DNA from: Bacteroidales bacterium
GTDB taxonomy: Bacteria; Bacteroidota; Bacteroidia; Bacteroidales; VadinHA17
Length of the DNA: 64,000 bases
Reading direction: 5' to 3'
Assembly: GCA_034522515.1 (NCBI GenBank)
Contig: JAXHLF010000025.1
Span: 32,498 to 96,497, forward strand
This document shows, piece after piece, positions 51,673 through 60,740 of the stretch; the first letter of the stretch is position 1, and every line of letters starts with the position of its first letter. The notes beneath the pieces were generated by a model. That model made no database searches. It saw nothing but the letters and a program-made list of their open reading frames with translations, and was not told the DNA's origin. A program made the position numbers and the translations under genes.

Positions 51673-51916
51673 TTAATTTCCAGTGATCATTTTTTCTCCC
51701 GGCCTGCGGAGCATTACCTATGCCGGTCCGATGATTACCAGGTATCCTTTGGGGATGGCTAATAGTTCAGTCTTTATCGACCCGCAGAATGATTCAATCC
51801 TTTTCGGCGAGGTCAGTCAGCTCAAGAACTGTATGTTTTTCCAATTATTGCTTGCTCTTTTATCGCATGCATTCGGAGTAAACATTGAGCTGGATCATAA
51901 TCCTGAACACTGACAT
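51673..51916 (-). pseudogene. Possible scar of an RHH-antitoxin / ParE-RelE-like toxin pair (very degraded)
   Basis: The minus strand reads MSVFRIMIQLNVYSECMR* / ...AIKEQAIIGKTYSS* / ...KHTVLELTDLAEKD* / ...IESFCGSIKTELLAIPKGYLVIIGPA* / VMLRRPGEKMITGN*. These pieces are spread over three frames. They loosely follow RHH-antitoxin and ParE patterns, and the toxin core is largely missing. Confidence 0.2.
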
Positions 51917-52081
51917 GAATAGCTCAATTCATGTTGCAAAATGGGCGTTTTGTCAAAAACACAACACCTAAACGTAACCTTTACATCAGAAAATAGTAAA
52001 AAGTAAAAGATACCGAGAAGGACAATGTATTTTTTGCCGTGCTGGTATAGTATTCAAGAAGTAGAACTTTAATGATGAGCT

Positions 52082-53972
52082 ATGAAAAATGTTGGTTTTG
52101 TTACTGTAATACTATTTATTGCATCTACACTATTCAATTGCCAGAAAGAAACTCTTCCAAAAGATAATTCTGAAGATATCTTTATTGAAAAGGGGAATTT
52201 GCTTATCAATAACAATCCTGCCCAACTGGCAGCAAGGATATCATATAAAAATGAAATAATTCCCATCGTGGATACGGAAGCTTCCTCACTCCTGAAGAGT
52301 GCTGCAGTTTTTCCGGAAATAGACCTGACAAAGAACTATGCTTTTAAACTAAAGGCCGAAGTTGATCCTCCGGTTTACGAGAATAAGACGCTGCAGGCCA
52401 CCCATGTCACCATTAAGGATAATTATGCTTTTGTTACCTATAACACACGCGGGGCTGAATGGCTGGGAGGTATAGAAATATTCGATGTTTCTGATCTGAA
52501 GAACCCGGTGATTATTTCAAGCGCCATACTGCCAAATACTGATGTAAGTGCTGTAGACTATGCGGATGGAAAGATTTATGTGGTCGGTGCAACTGGAGAT
52601 TTTGAAGCAAAAGGATTTGTCTCGCCAGCATTTATGGAAGTAATATCACTTGATGCAACAATGGCCTTTGAAAAAGTAGATACCATCATTGACATTTCTT
52701 CCTATGCCGGAACCGATATTAAGGTAGCAGCCGGTCATATATTTGCTACCAGCGGTTCCACCGGGGATCTTACTGTTTTTGATGCCGGCTATGCGAGAAC
52801 CAGGTACGATGGAAATCTCTGATGCCCGTTCAGTTGATGCAAATTCAGATCACCTCTACGTGTTGCAAGGTCAGGAAGGGCGGGTGAATGTATTCGAATT
52901 GTCTGATGTCTCTCCTTCTGAAACATATTTTGTTGGTGGAGCGAACATTCCGGAATCCAAATCTGAAATTGCTGTTTCAGATGAGTATATTTTTGCCGCA
53001 TTGAATGAAGGAGGACTTTCTATTCTCAATCTCAATGGAAGCATTAAACAAAGTCTTCCAAAACCTGCAACACCTCCCGGTGCTCTCGATGAGAACCATG
53101 TAACCAATAGTGTATCTCTCAATGGTGACCTTGTGTTGATAGGAAATGGTGAGTCCGGCATTTATGTTGGCGGACTTATTGCAGAAAAAAATGATAGCTT
53201 ATGGATGTTGGGGGCTATGAACTTTGGTGAATCCCAATCTGCAAATTTTGTAGAATCAAAAGACAGTGTGATTTTTGTTGCTACAGGACTCGGAGGTCTA
53301 AAAATACTTGCTATAAGTATTGACGAAGGGGTACCTGACAATGTTGAGCCTACCGCGCCCTGTGTAACATTGATGGCAAGTATTTCGGAATTGTTCCCTG
53401 AGAGGATGGATGTGAGGACTGTCCATAATGACCTGTTCAGTGATACTGCCCACTTGAATATTTATGTTAAAGAGGAAACGCCAGTTTTCGTTTCATTCAT
53501 TGATGAAGGAGCCGGATGGAGAAATACTTTCGGATACTATTCTTATCCTGCGGATAACCCACCGCAAAGCATCGAAGATATTCAAAAGCAGATAGTTTTC
53601 CCCAACGTTTCAAAAGTCGGTGAGGGCGGTGGCCTGGAGTTTGGAGACCGTGTACAATTGGGTGACGGCAACTTTCCGGCAGGAACGGTAATAGGCTTTT
53701 ACATTGTTGCCCAGGGATGGAAAAACGGTCTCACGACTGATGGTGTCTATACACAATATACAGATAGACTTTTTAATAGTGATCAGGCCCAGCAATCAAC
53801 CCTTTTTGTAAGTAGCGATTGCGATGATATCGTACTGACATTTGAAGATATTAAGGTTAAAGAGAGCAGCTGTGATCACGATTTTAATGATATTATCCTT
53901 ACTATTAAAGATTCCAGAGATTTGGGTGTGCCAAATACTAAACTGGATGTTTCAGGATTGCCGAGGAAATAG
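52082..53972 (+). CDS. Secreted LVIVD-repeat (beta-propeller) protein with C-terminal DUF4114 domain, frameshift near 52795
   Basis: Lipoprotein-like signal MKNVGFVTVILFIASTLFNC. Repeated ...Y.FV...G..G..I.D.S... blades occur in both fragments. The C-terminus FVSFIDEGAGWRNTFGYYSY...VIGFYIVAQGW...LTFEDIK...CDHDFNDIILTIKD fits DUF4114. Confidence 0.65.
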
Positions 53973-54158
53973 GATTTACACATAATCAAACCCATCTTAT
54001 TACAAATATCCTGTCAGTCTGTCCCGGCTGGCACAACGAACACCTTGCCTCAACATTTGATGCTTTGGATCTTAATGATATTCATTTGAAGCATTTGTCT
54101 GAAAATCACAGTTTATAACAATAATTCGAACCGGATCGTTGCCGGCCTGGAGACGATT

Positions 54159-54350
54159 TCAGTCAAAAATGAATATCTCTTCAATGGTAACACCGAAGAC
54201 TACTGCTATGTCATGCGCCAGTTTCAGAGAAGGATTGTACTTGTTCTTCTCCAGGAAGACAATCGTTTCACGTCTCACGTTAACCTTTTTTGCCAGGTCA
54301 TCCTGGGTCATGTCATGGCGTGCCCGATACTCTTTGATGCGATTATTCAT
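54159..54350 (-). CDS. XRE-family HTH transcriptional regulator (YozG-like, 63 aa)
   Basis: [60 protein letters not shown] is a canonical short Cro/C1-type HTH. Confidence 0.85.
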   Translation of the reverse strand: MNNRIKEYRARHDMTQDDLAKKVNVRRETIVFLEKNKYNPSLKLAHDIAVVFGVTIEEIFIFD

Positions 54351-54742
54351 TACGGATGCCTCTTAACTTAATTACAATCCAGCATACAAAGAAGATTACA
54401 GCCATGGAAAGGATACCAGCACCAAGCACCTCTCCGGTATCCATGGTGACGCGGTCCTTGAGCCATGATCATCAATACCCACATGAAAAGAGAGATGTAA
54501 TAAGACCATGCAGCCGTTTTCTGCATCAGCTTCTTTGACAGTTCGTCCTCCTGCGGCTCACCTCTGTTGGCCGATGTGAAATACCCGAAGGCGAAATACA
54601 ATCCGAAACCGACAAGTACAGCTATTACACCGAAAGTGACAATTTCTGTCGCCGCTATTGGTTTTTCAACATTGAATACCCATAATGCTGTTGCTGCAAG
54701 CACTAGCACAGATACCAGTAATGCAAGAAATCCTTTTTTCAT
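54343..54742 (-). CDS. Small 4-TM membrane protein (DUF2178-like partner of the XRE regulator), frameshift near 54455
   Basis: ORF 54368..54742 gives three TM segments. After about 54455 a shifted frame gives a far more plausible fourth TM segment ([37 protein letters not shown]). Its stop, 54343..54345, overlaps the XRE ATG. Confidence 0.6.
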
Positions 54743-54750
54743 AATTGTTA

Positions 54751-54777
54751 GTGTTAATTATTTCTAACACAAAGTTA
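54751..54777 (-). promoter_or_regulatory. Promoter box (TAACTTTG on minus strand, 54770-54777) abutting a 6-bp-arm inverted repeat GTGTTA-N8-TAACAC (54751-54770)
   Basis: TAnnTTTG match about 28 nt upstream of ATG 54742 on the minus strand. The palindrome lies between the box and the start codon, where an autoregulatory XRE operator would be expected. Confidence 0.4.
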
Positions 54778-54931
54778 GATATAAATAACATTAAGTTCCA
54801 AATTTTTTTTAATATTTTTCTTTGACCGAAATTTTTATTGAATCTGAGGCGGATCATGACGGCCTGTTTGCAGGCGTGTAGCTTCGATCTGAGGTTCACG
54901 GGAGATCGTTGATTTTTCCTTAATAATAGTC

Positions 54932-55297
54932 TCAGCTGCGTTGCGACTTCTCCCCGTGCTTGTGGAGCTTCACCTCCACGGGATTGATTGTTACCAGGCA
55001 TCCTTTGGGAAGGGCAGAGAGGTCGGGTGATATCATATTGTAGAATTGCTCTATCTTCTCCTCGCGGTCGATCAGTTCAATGACAACGGGCAGTTTTTCC
55101 GTCAGCTCCCAGAATTTTGAAGAGTGGATATGGCTGCTCAGTCCGTATCCCATGACTCCCCTGTATACTGTAGCTCCTGAGATGCCAGCCTCCCTGGCCC
55201 GGTAGACAACAGCCTCATATAGCAACTGTGAACCCAGCCTGTCGGTTGAGCTGGCATAAACCTTCATTATCGAATGGGATATCTTTTCCATGATCAC
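54932..55297 (-). CDS. DUF190 (PII-like) protein, usual CrcB partner
   Basis: 121 aa. YEAVVYRAREAGISGATVYRGVMGYG...LPVVIELID fits DUF190. It overlaps the crcB stop by 4 nt. Confidence 0.75.
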   Translation of the reverse strand: MIMEKISHSIMKVYASSTDRLGSQLLYEAVVYRAREAGISGATVYRGVMGYGLSSHIHSSKFWELTEKLPVVIELIDREEKIEQFYNMISPDLSALPKGCLVTINPVEVKLHKHGEKSQRS

Positions 55298-55671
55298 AGG
55301 AGATTAGTAAGGAGATAGCCAAGGTATACTACAAGGAACCCGAGAAAAATGCTTAAGCCTGTGTATAGCAAAACTGACAGAAACTGGCCGTTGTGCATCA
55401 GCATCAGGTTCTCATTGGCAAAAGCGGAGAAAGTTGTAAAACCGCCGCAGAGCCCTACCATAAGGAAGAGCCTCCACTCCGGTGTCAGTATCATGCTTTT
55501 CTCTGCAATTCCGGTAAGGAATCCGATTGCAAAGCTGCCGATGATGTTTACCAGCAGGGTTCCCACCGGAATAGAATAAAATGTCACCGTAAGGTTCAGG
55601 TGCGAAACCAGGTAGCGGGCCACGCTGCCCACAAACCCACCGGTACCAATAATCAGGATGTTTTTAAGCAT
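55294..55671 (-). CDS. crcB: Fluoride ion channel CrcB/Fluc
   Basis: 125 aa with 4 TM segments. GGFVGSVARYL and GLCGGFTTFSAF are CrcB signature segments. Confidence 0.9.
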   Translation of the reverse strand: MLKNILIIGTGGFVGSVARYLVSHLNLTVTFYSIPVGTLLVNIIGSFAIGFLTGIAEKSMILTPEWRLFLMVGLCGGFTTFSAFANENLMLMHNGQFLSVLLYTGLSIFLGFLVVYLGYLLTNLL

Positions 55672-55850
55672 TCAGCAAAAGTCTTATGCAAATGTACATC
55701 TTTATTAATATGACCCCGAAATCCTTTTCATTGGGTAACAAAAGCCGGGGCAGACTGTTTCAGGACAATAGTATCCTTATCTCTCCGTTACGAACATACA
55801 ACCTACAAGACAATTTAACGTACCCATCTAATTGGAAATATATAAATGCT

Positions 55851-56717
55851 ATGAACAGGTCAGAAATTATAACCAACCGGACCCTGTTGATGACAGTAGG
55901 CTTAATACTTACGGTGATTATTTCATCATGTAAAAAGGAAGCTACTGCCATTGAAGAGCAGATCCTCAAGGATGTTTCTTACGGAGAGAGCACCAGGCAG
56001 AAGATGGATATTTATCTGCCTCACGGCAGGAGTCGTGACGCAACCAGTACTATTATCGTGATCCACGGCGGCGGATGGGTTGAAGGCGACAAATCTGAGA
56101 TGAATCCTTATGTCGATACCCTCAGAAAGCGGATGCCCGGATATGCCATTGTCAATTTGAACTACAGGCTTGCCTGGAATAACAGCGTGGACCTGTTCCC
56201 CACCCAGGAAAATGATGTAAAAAGTGCAGTTGAGTACTTCCTTGATCATGCTGAAGAGTATCAGGTCTCCGATGATCTTGTGCTGCTGGGGGCCAGTGCA
56301 GGAGGACATCTTGCCATGCTGCACGCTTACAAGAATGACCCTGAAGGGCATGTCAGGGCGGTAGTTGATTTTTTCGGGCCCTATGATCTTCCGGCGCTCT
56401 GGAATTCCGGCATCATACAGCAGCTGATCCTGTACGGTGCCACCGGCGTTTTTCCGGCAGACAATCCGTCATTGTACGCGACATCAAGTCCTTCTGAATT
56501 TATTACTTCCGGCAGTCCGCCTACAATCGCTCTGCAAGGCGGTGCCGATCCGCTCGTTCCACCCTCGCAGACAAGCCAGCTTATTGCCGCGCTTGATGCC
56601 GCCGGAGTCATCAACCAGCTTGTTTATTACCCCGGGGAGGGTCACGGATGGACAGGCGCCAACATGGTCGATTCATTCAGGAAAATCGTTACGTTCATCA
56701 CTGATCACGCCAGGTGA
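55851..56717 (+). CDS. Alpha/beta hydrolase (esterase/lipase, Abhydrolase_3-like) lipoprotein
   Basis: Lipobox LILTVIISSC. Oxyanion IVIHGGGWVEGDK. Nucleophile elbow LLGASAGGHLA. The start is taken at ATG 55851. Confidence 0.75.
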   Translation: MNRSEIITNRTLLMTVGLILTVIISSCKKEATAIEEQILKDVSYGESTRQKMDIYLPHGRSRDATSTIIVIHGGGWVEGDKSEMNPYVDTLRKRMPGYAIVNLNYRLAWNNSVDLFPTQENDVKSAVEYFLDHAEEYQVSDDLVLLGASAGGHLAMLHAYKNDPEGHVRAVVDFFGPYDLPALWNSGIIQQLILYGATGVFPADNPSLYATSSPSEFITSGSPPTIALQGGADPLVPPSQTSQLIAALDAAGVINQLVYYPGEGHGWTGANMVDSFRKIVTFITDHAR

Positions 56718-56802
56718 CCGGGATTGCACGGCAGGCTAACATGGCTGGACGCCAGGTCACAGGAGCTGGCACCACGTTACCGGGTCTGTCACCGGCAGCA
56801 GC

Positions 56803-57546
56803 TTATTTCTCAAAGCCGCGGACAGCGGAATTATAATCTGAGGAGTAGCCGTGATGCCCTGTGAAGAGATACTGCACACCCTCCAGGCCGGTTATATTGT
56901 CAACTGACATCCGCGCTTTGCGGCTATTCTTGTTTATATACCCGGGGAAGAGTCCGATCGCCCCGCTTTGCAGGCTTACAGCGTCCCCTGTAAACAGATA
57001 AATATCATTCACTCTGTAACAGGTGAGTCCTGTTGTGTGACCCGGGACTGGTACCGGGTCGATCCTCAGATCCCCTATTATTATGACCTTGTCATCAAGA
57101 AGCTTGTAATCCGGAACGCTTAATTTATTTCCGATCCACATTACCCTTCCGGTTTCTCCGTTTATCATCTGTTCCTCATCTTCATGCAGGTATACGACTG
57201 CGTTTTTAAAGAGGGATACTCCCCCTGCATGGTCAGTGTCAGTATGTGTCAGGAAAACAGCCTTAATCCTGCCCGGATCAATGTCTAGCTTCTTCATCTG
57301 GGTCTCAATTGTTCCCGGTTTGATGCCGGCATCAATTGCGATGAAATCATTCCCGTCCCTGAAGAGGTACATGTTCACATACTTGTCCCTTATGGCATAA
57401 ACATCCTCGGTCAGCCTTGCCGTCTCTGCAGGAGTCATTTTCCTTAGGGTGGATCTGAAGACTATCATGTAGAGGACTGAGAGCACAATAACGAATAACA
57501 CGATTCCCAGCAACCACCGAAGCAATATTTTGAATGGCCTTTTCAT
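56803..57546 (-). CDS. Membrane-anchored MBL-fold metallo-hydrolase
   Basis: N-terminal TM segment (LLGIVLFVIVLSVLYMIVF). THTDTDHAGG is the HxHxDH motif. GHTTG and TGD lie downstream. The start is taken at ATG 57546. Confidence 0.75.
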   Translation of the reverse strand: MKRPFKILLRWLLGIVLFVIVLSVLYMIVFRSTLRKMTPAETARLTEDVYAIRDKYVNMYLFRDGNDFIAIDAGIKPGTIETQMKKLDIDPGRIKAVFLTHTDTDHAGGVSLFKNAVVYLHEDEEQMINGETGRVMWIGNKLSVPDYKLLDDKVIIIGDLRIDPVPVPGHTTGLTCYRVNDIYLFTGDAVSLQSGAIGLFPGYINKNSRKARMSVDNITGLEGVQYLFTGHHGYSSDYNSAVRGFEK

Positions 57547-57631
57547 TGGCTTAATATCAGGGTAAGATAGAATTCTTGATTGCCAAATGTAAAAAAACTG
57601 TGGAATTATTGCAAATTCATAAATAATCACG

Positions 57632-57639
57632 TAATTTTG
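57632..57639 (+). promoter_or_regulatory. Bacteroidota -7 promoter box (TAATTTTG) for the TetR-efflux operon
   Basis: Exact TAnnTTTG match 45 nt upstream of ATG 57684. The AT-rich repeat AGTTAATTAATATAGTTAA follows and could be the TetR operator. Confidence 0.4.
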
Positions 57640-57683
57640 ACCAGCTAGTTAATTAATATAGTTAAACCATAAGGTTAAATGTA

Positions 57684-58318
57684 ATGATAAAAACCGGGGA
57701 ACCTGACAGCCATACAAAGGAGAAGATCTTTTTGGCAGCCAGCGAGATATTTGAGGAGAAAGGCCATTCCGGAGCAAGGATGCAGGAGATAGCCGACAGG
57801 GCCGGAATTAATAAAGCGCTCCTTCATTACTATTTCCGCAGCAAGGACCAGCTTTTCAAGGCGGTCTTCATTGTGCTCCTGAAAAGATGTTTGAAAAGAT
57901 CACCTCTATACTGATGGAGGATCTCACTTTCAAGGAAAAGATGAAGAAGTTTCTCGATGAGCATATCGAGTTCATGATCAAAAACCCCAAACTGCCTCTG
58001 TTCCTGCTGAACGAGATGTCTCAGAACCCTGAGTTTGCTGAAACGATAAGTGAGACAGTCAGGCTGGGAGAACTGAAGACAATGATCTATGAAAAGCATG
58101 CAAAGGAGCTCAAAGGGTATGGCATAAAGAAATCAGATATGCCCCAGCTGATGATCACAATTGTCTCCATGTCCGTCTTTCCGGTGGCAGCACATGGTAT
58201 GATTTCAGTGCTCATACCGGAATTAAGGGAGAGAAAGAAGTTCAACCAATACATGCGTGAGCGGAAAGAGTTTGCGTTCGGACTGCTCTTCGCGGCATTA
58301 AAAAACCGTAAGAAATGA
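57684..58318 (+). CDS. TetR/AcrR family transcriptional regulator, frameshift near 57880
   Basis: KEKIFLAASEIFEEKGHSGARMQEIADRAGINKALLHYYFRSKDQLF is the TetR HTH. The ligand-domain part is in ORF 57887..58318. Confidence 0.85.
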
Positions 58319-59598
58319 AAAGGATAATTGCTGCCGTTATGATGCTTTCAGCCGTGACATCTTCCTGGTCACAGCAGAGCGTCACCCTGTGGCAGTGCTA
58401 CGACTCAGCGGCCGCTGTGACTCCTCTGTCCGGTGAGAGGGAGTTATATTCCCAGATCACCATGCTCCGCGACCAGAACCTCGCATCATCATGGCTGCCG
58501 TCACTTGATTTAGGCGCAAGTTTTACTTATCAGTCAGATGTTGTTGATATGGCGGAATCTCTCCCCGGTATTACACTTCCTCCGGGATCCCTCCCATCTA
58601 TCCCCCACGAGCAGTACAGGGCCACCTTTGACATCAGCCAGGTCATATGGGACGGAGGAGTGACGCGCAACGCGAGGGCGGTGGAGAAGGTTGTCAGTGA
58701 ACTCAACATGCAGCAGAATGAAGCTGACATCTACCGCCTCCGCGAGCAGGTGAACAACTACTTCTTCCCGCTGCTGCTAACTGAAAGCCAGATAGAGGTT
58801 ACTGACCTGCTCATCTCCGACCTTGAAGCGCGGATCATGGAGGCCTCATCAGGCATTGAGAACGGTGTGGTTCCGGCTGTGACTCTTGATGTGCTCAGGG
58901 CAGAGGTGATAAGGGCGGAACAGACGGCTTCTGAGCTTCATCAGCGTCGTGATGCGCTGTTATCGGCACTGGAGAACGTTACAGGCATGTCAGGAATGAC
59001 GGATTATGACCTGTTATTGCCTGAACCGGTGATAACGGGTGATGAGACACCTGACAACCCCGAACTTCGGCTGTTTGACGTGCGCAGCCGTCAGCTGGAG
59101 GTATCCAAGAGCCTGCTGAAGAGCCAGCGGATGCCGAAAGCCTTCGGGTTTGCGCAGGCAGGATATGGCAATCCCCCCGGCAATGACTTCTTCTCGGAAA
59201 ACCCGGACTTCTATTATTCAGTGGGAGCAGGAATTAAGTGGAACATCTTCGACTGGAACAAAAACAGCAATGAGAGACAGTCGCTGGCACTTCAGCAGCA
59301 GCTCCTCGATCTGAAAAAGAGTGCCATGGAGGAATCACTGCAGCGCATGCTCACGGTCAGGATGGCGGAGATCACCGCCCTGCGTGAGGCTGCCGGCCGT
59401 GATGACGAACTGATCGCGATAAGGGAAAGAATCTCCGGCGTGGCAGCGTCACAGCTGGCAAACGGAACGATCACCGCCTCGCAGTACCTGACAGAGCTGA
59501 ACAACGAGAAGCAGGCTATCATCGGTGCTGCTGCCCGCAAGATCAGCATTGCAAGAGCAGAAGTGGAATATATATATCTTACCGGATACAGTAAATAG
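58315..59598 (+). CDS. TolC-family outer-membrane efflux protein
   Basis: 427 aa with a signal peptide and two repeated coiled-coil/beta halves typical of OEP/TolC. First structural gene of the efflux operon. Confidence 0.8.
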   Translation: MKRIIAAVMMLSAVTSSWSQQSVTLWQCYDSAAAVTPLSGERELYSQITMLRDQNLASSWLPSLDLGASFTYQSDVVDMAESLPGITLPPGSLPSIPHEQYRATFDISQVIWDGGVTRNARAVEKVVSELNMQQNEADIYRLREQVNNYFFPLLLTESQIEVTDLLISDLEARIMEASSGIENGVVPAVTLDVLRAEVIRAEQTASELHQRRDALLSALENVTGMSGMTDYDLLLPEPVITGDETPDNPELRLFDVRSRQLEVSKSLLKSQRMPKAFGFAQAGYGNPPGNDFFSENPDFYYSVGAGIKWNIFDWNKNSNERQSLALQQQLLDLKKSAMEESLQRMLTVRMAEITALREAAGRDDELIAIRERISGVAASQLANGTITASQYLTELNNEKQAIIGAAARKISIARAEVEYIYLTGYSK

Positions 59599-59699
59599 CG
59601 GGGAGATGCAATATCCATGCATGCACAAATTCAATCACGATTGTATAATAATTAACTGCATGAAGGTTCCTTCATATCATTAAAACCAACCATTCAATA

Positions 59700-60578
59700 A
59701 TGAAAAAGTTACTCATACCCTTCGTTTTTCTTCTTGCAGCCGGCTGCGGCCGTGGCGAGAGTGATGCGGATGCATTTGGCACCTTTGAGGCTGATGAGGT
59801 TATCATCTCCTCAGAGACGTCGGGCAGGATAGTACTCATGGATGTCACCGAGGGCATGGTGGTGGCGGGCGGCGCCGTCATCGCCGTCACCGACACCGTT
59901 ATGGCGGTGCTGCAGCGTGCAGAGCTTGATGCGGTGACGGCACAGGCGCAGGCGCGCCTGGCAGGCATTGCGGCGCAGGATGCGGTCATACGCCAGCAGA
60001 TGGAGAACCTCAACGTCAACATTGACCGCACGCGCCGCATGCTTGCTGACGGCGCCGCCACGCAGAAACAGCTCGATGACCTCACCGGCCAGATGGAGGT
60101 GCTCCGCAGGCAGTCCGACGCCAACAACACACAGCGCCGCACTGTGGCTGCGGATATGCAGGGAGTGGACGCCAGACGCGCCATCCTCAATGAACAGATT
60201 GCCCGAAGCACCATCCGCGCTCCCTTTGACGCCACCGTCATTGAGAAATACGCCTCGGCACACGAGATTACAGCCGCCGGAAAGCCGCTGGTGAAGATAG
60301 CTGACATGAAGACCATGGAGCTGAAGGTATGGGTCAGCGGAGCGCAGCTGGCAGAGGTGAAGCTGGGAGCCGGATGCACCGTACGCATTGATGACGGAGA
60401 GAAAGGCTTTAAAAACGTCACCGGTAACATCAGACACGTGTCGGAAAAAGCCGAGTTCACGCCCAAAATCATCCAGACAAAGGAGGAACGTGTCACACTC
60501 GTCTATGCCGTCACAATAGAAGTCGACAACGACGGCTCAATCAAGGCAGGCATGCCCGGAGAAGCAATCTTTAACTGA
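59700..60578 (+). CDS. HlyD-family membrane fusion (periplasmic adaptor) lipoprotein
   Basis: Lipobox LLAAGC, a long alpha-hairpin (AQAQARLAGIAAQ...QLDDLTGQ...) and C-terminal beta domains (IRAPFDATV..., GMPGEAIF). Confidence 0.85.
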   Translation: MKKLLIPFVFLLAAGCGRGESDADAFGTFEADEVIISSETSGRIVLMDVTEGMVVAGGAVIAVTDTVMAVLQRAELDAVTAQAQARLAGIAAQDAVIRQQMENLNVNIDRTRRMLADGAATQKQLDDLTGQMEVLRRQSDANNTQRRTVAADMQGVDARRAILNEQIARSTIRAPFDATVIEKYASAHEITAAGKPLVKIADMKTMELKVWVSGAQLAEVKLGAGCTVRIDDGEKGFKNVTGNIRHVSEKAEFTPKIIQTKEERVTLVYAVTIEVDNDGSIKAGMPGEAIFN

Positions 60579-60740
60579 AAATGGCAGATACGTCCGCGGA
60601 AGCAATCTTCAACTGGAATGTCAGGAATCCAGGGAGAAGCTGTCTTCAACTGGAATGTCAGGAATCCCGGGAGAAGCTGTCTTCCACTGAAAATGAAAGC
60701 GGCACCCGTACAAGCAACCTTCAACAGAGATGGCAGCCAT
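60558..60740 (+). repeat. Four to five tandem, diverging copies (about 31-37 bp) of the HlyD-stop / ABC-start junction
   Basis: GGAGAAGCAATCTTTAACTGAAAATGGCAG / GGAAGCAATCTTCAACTGGAATGTCAGGAATCCAG / GGAGAAGCTGTCTTCAACTGGAATGTCAGGAATCCCG / GGAGAAGCTGTCTTCCACTGAAAATGAAAGC / CAAGCAACCTTCAACAGAGATGGCAGCC. Confidence 0.85.

Noticed and set aside
55672-55850. Expected fluoride (crcB-motif) riboswitch upstream of crcB
   Set aside because: I read the minus-strand leader and could not find the conserved elements of the motif (the GATGG...CC pseudoknot core and the CTGATGATGCCTAC-like 3' part). Either the riboswitch is absent, or it is too diverged or damaged to recognise by eye. A covariance-model search (Rfam RF01734) would settle it.
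59672-60496. 274-aa and 208-aa minus-strand ORFs opposite the HlyD-family gene. Similar long antisense ORFs lie opposite serS (9533..10270), clpX (4227..4820), ahcY, glgB and comM.
   Set aside because: These are shadow ORFs typical of GC-rich coding regions. They have low-complexity A/S/R-rich translations and no recognisable motifs, and the sense strand in each case carries unambiguous conserved motifs.
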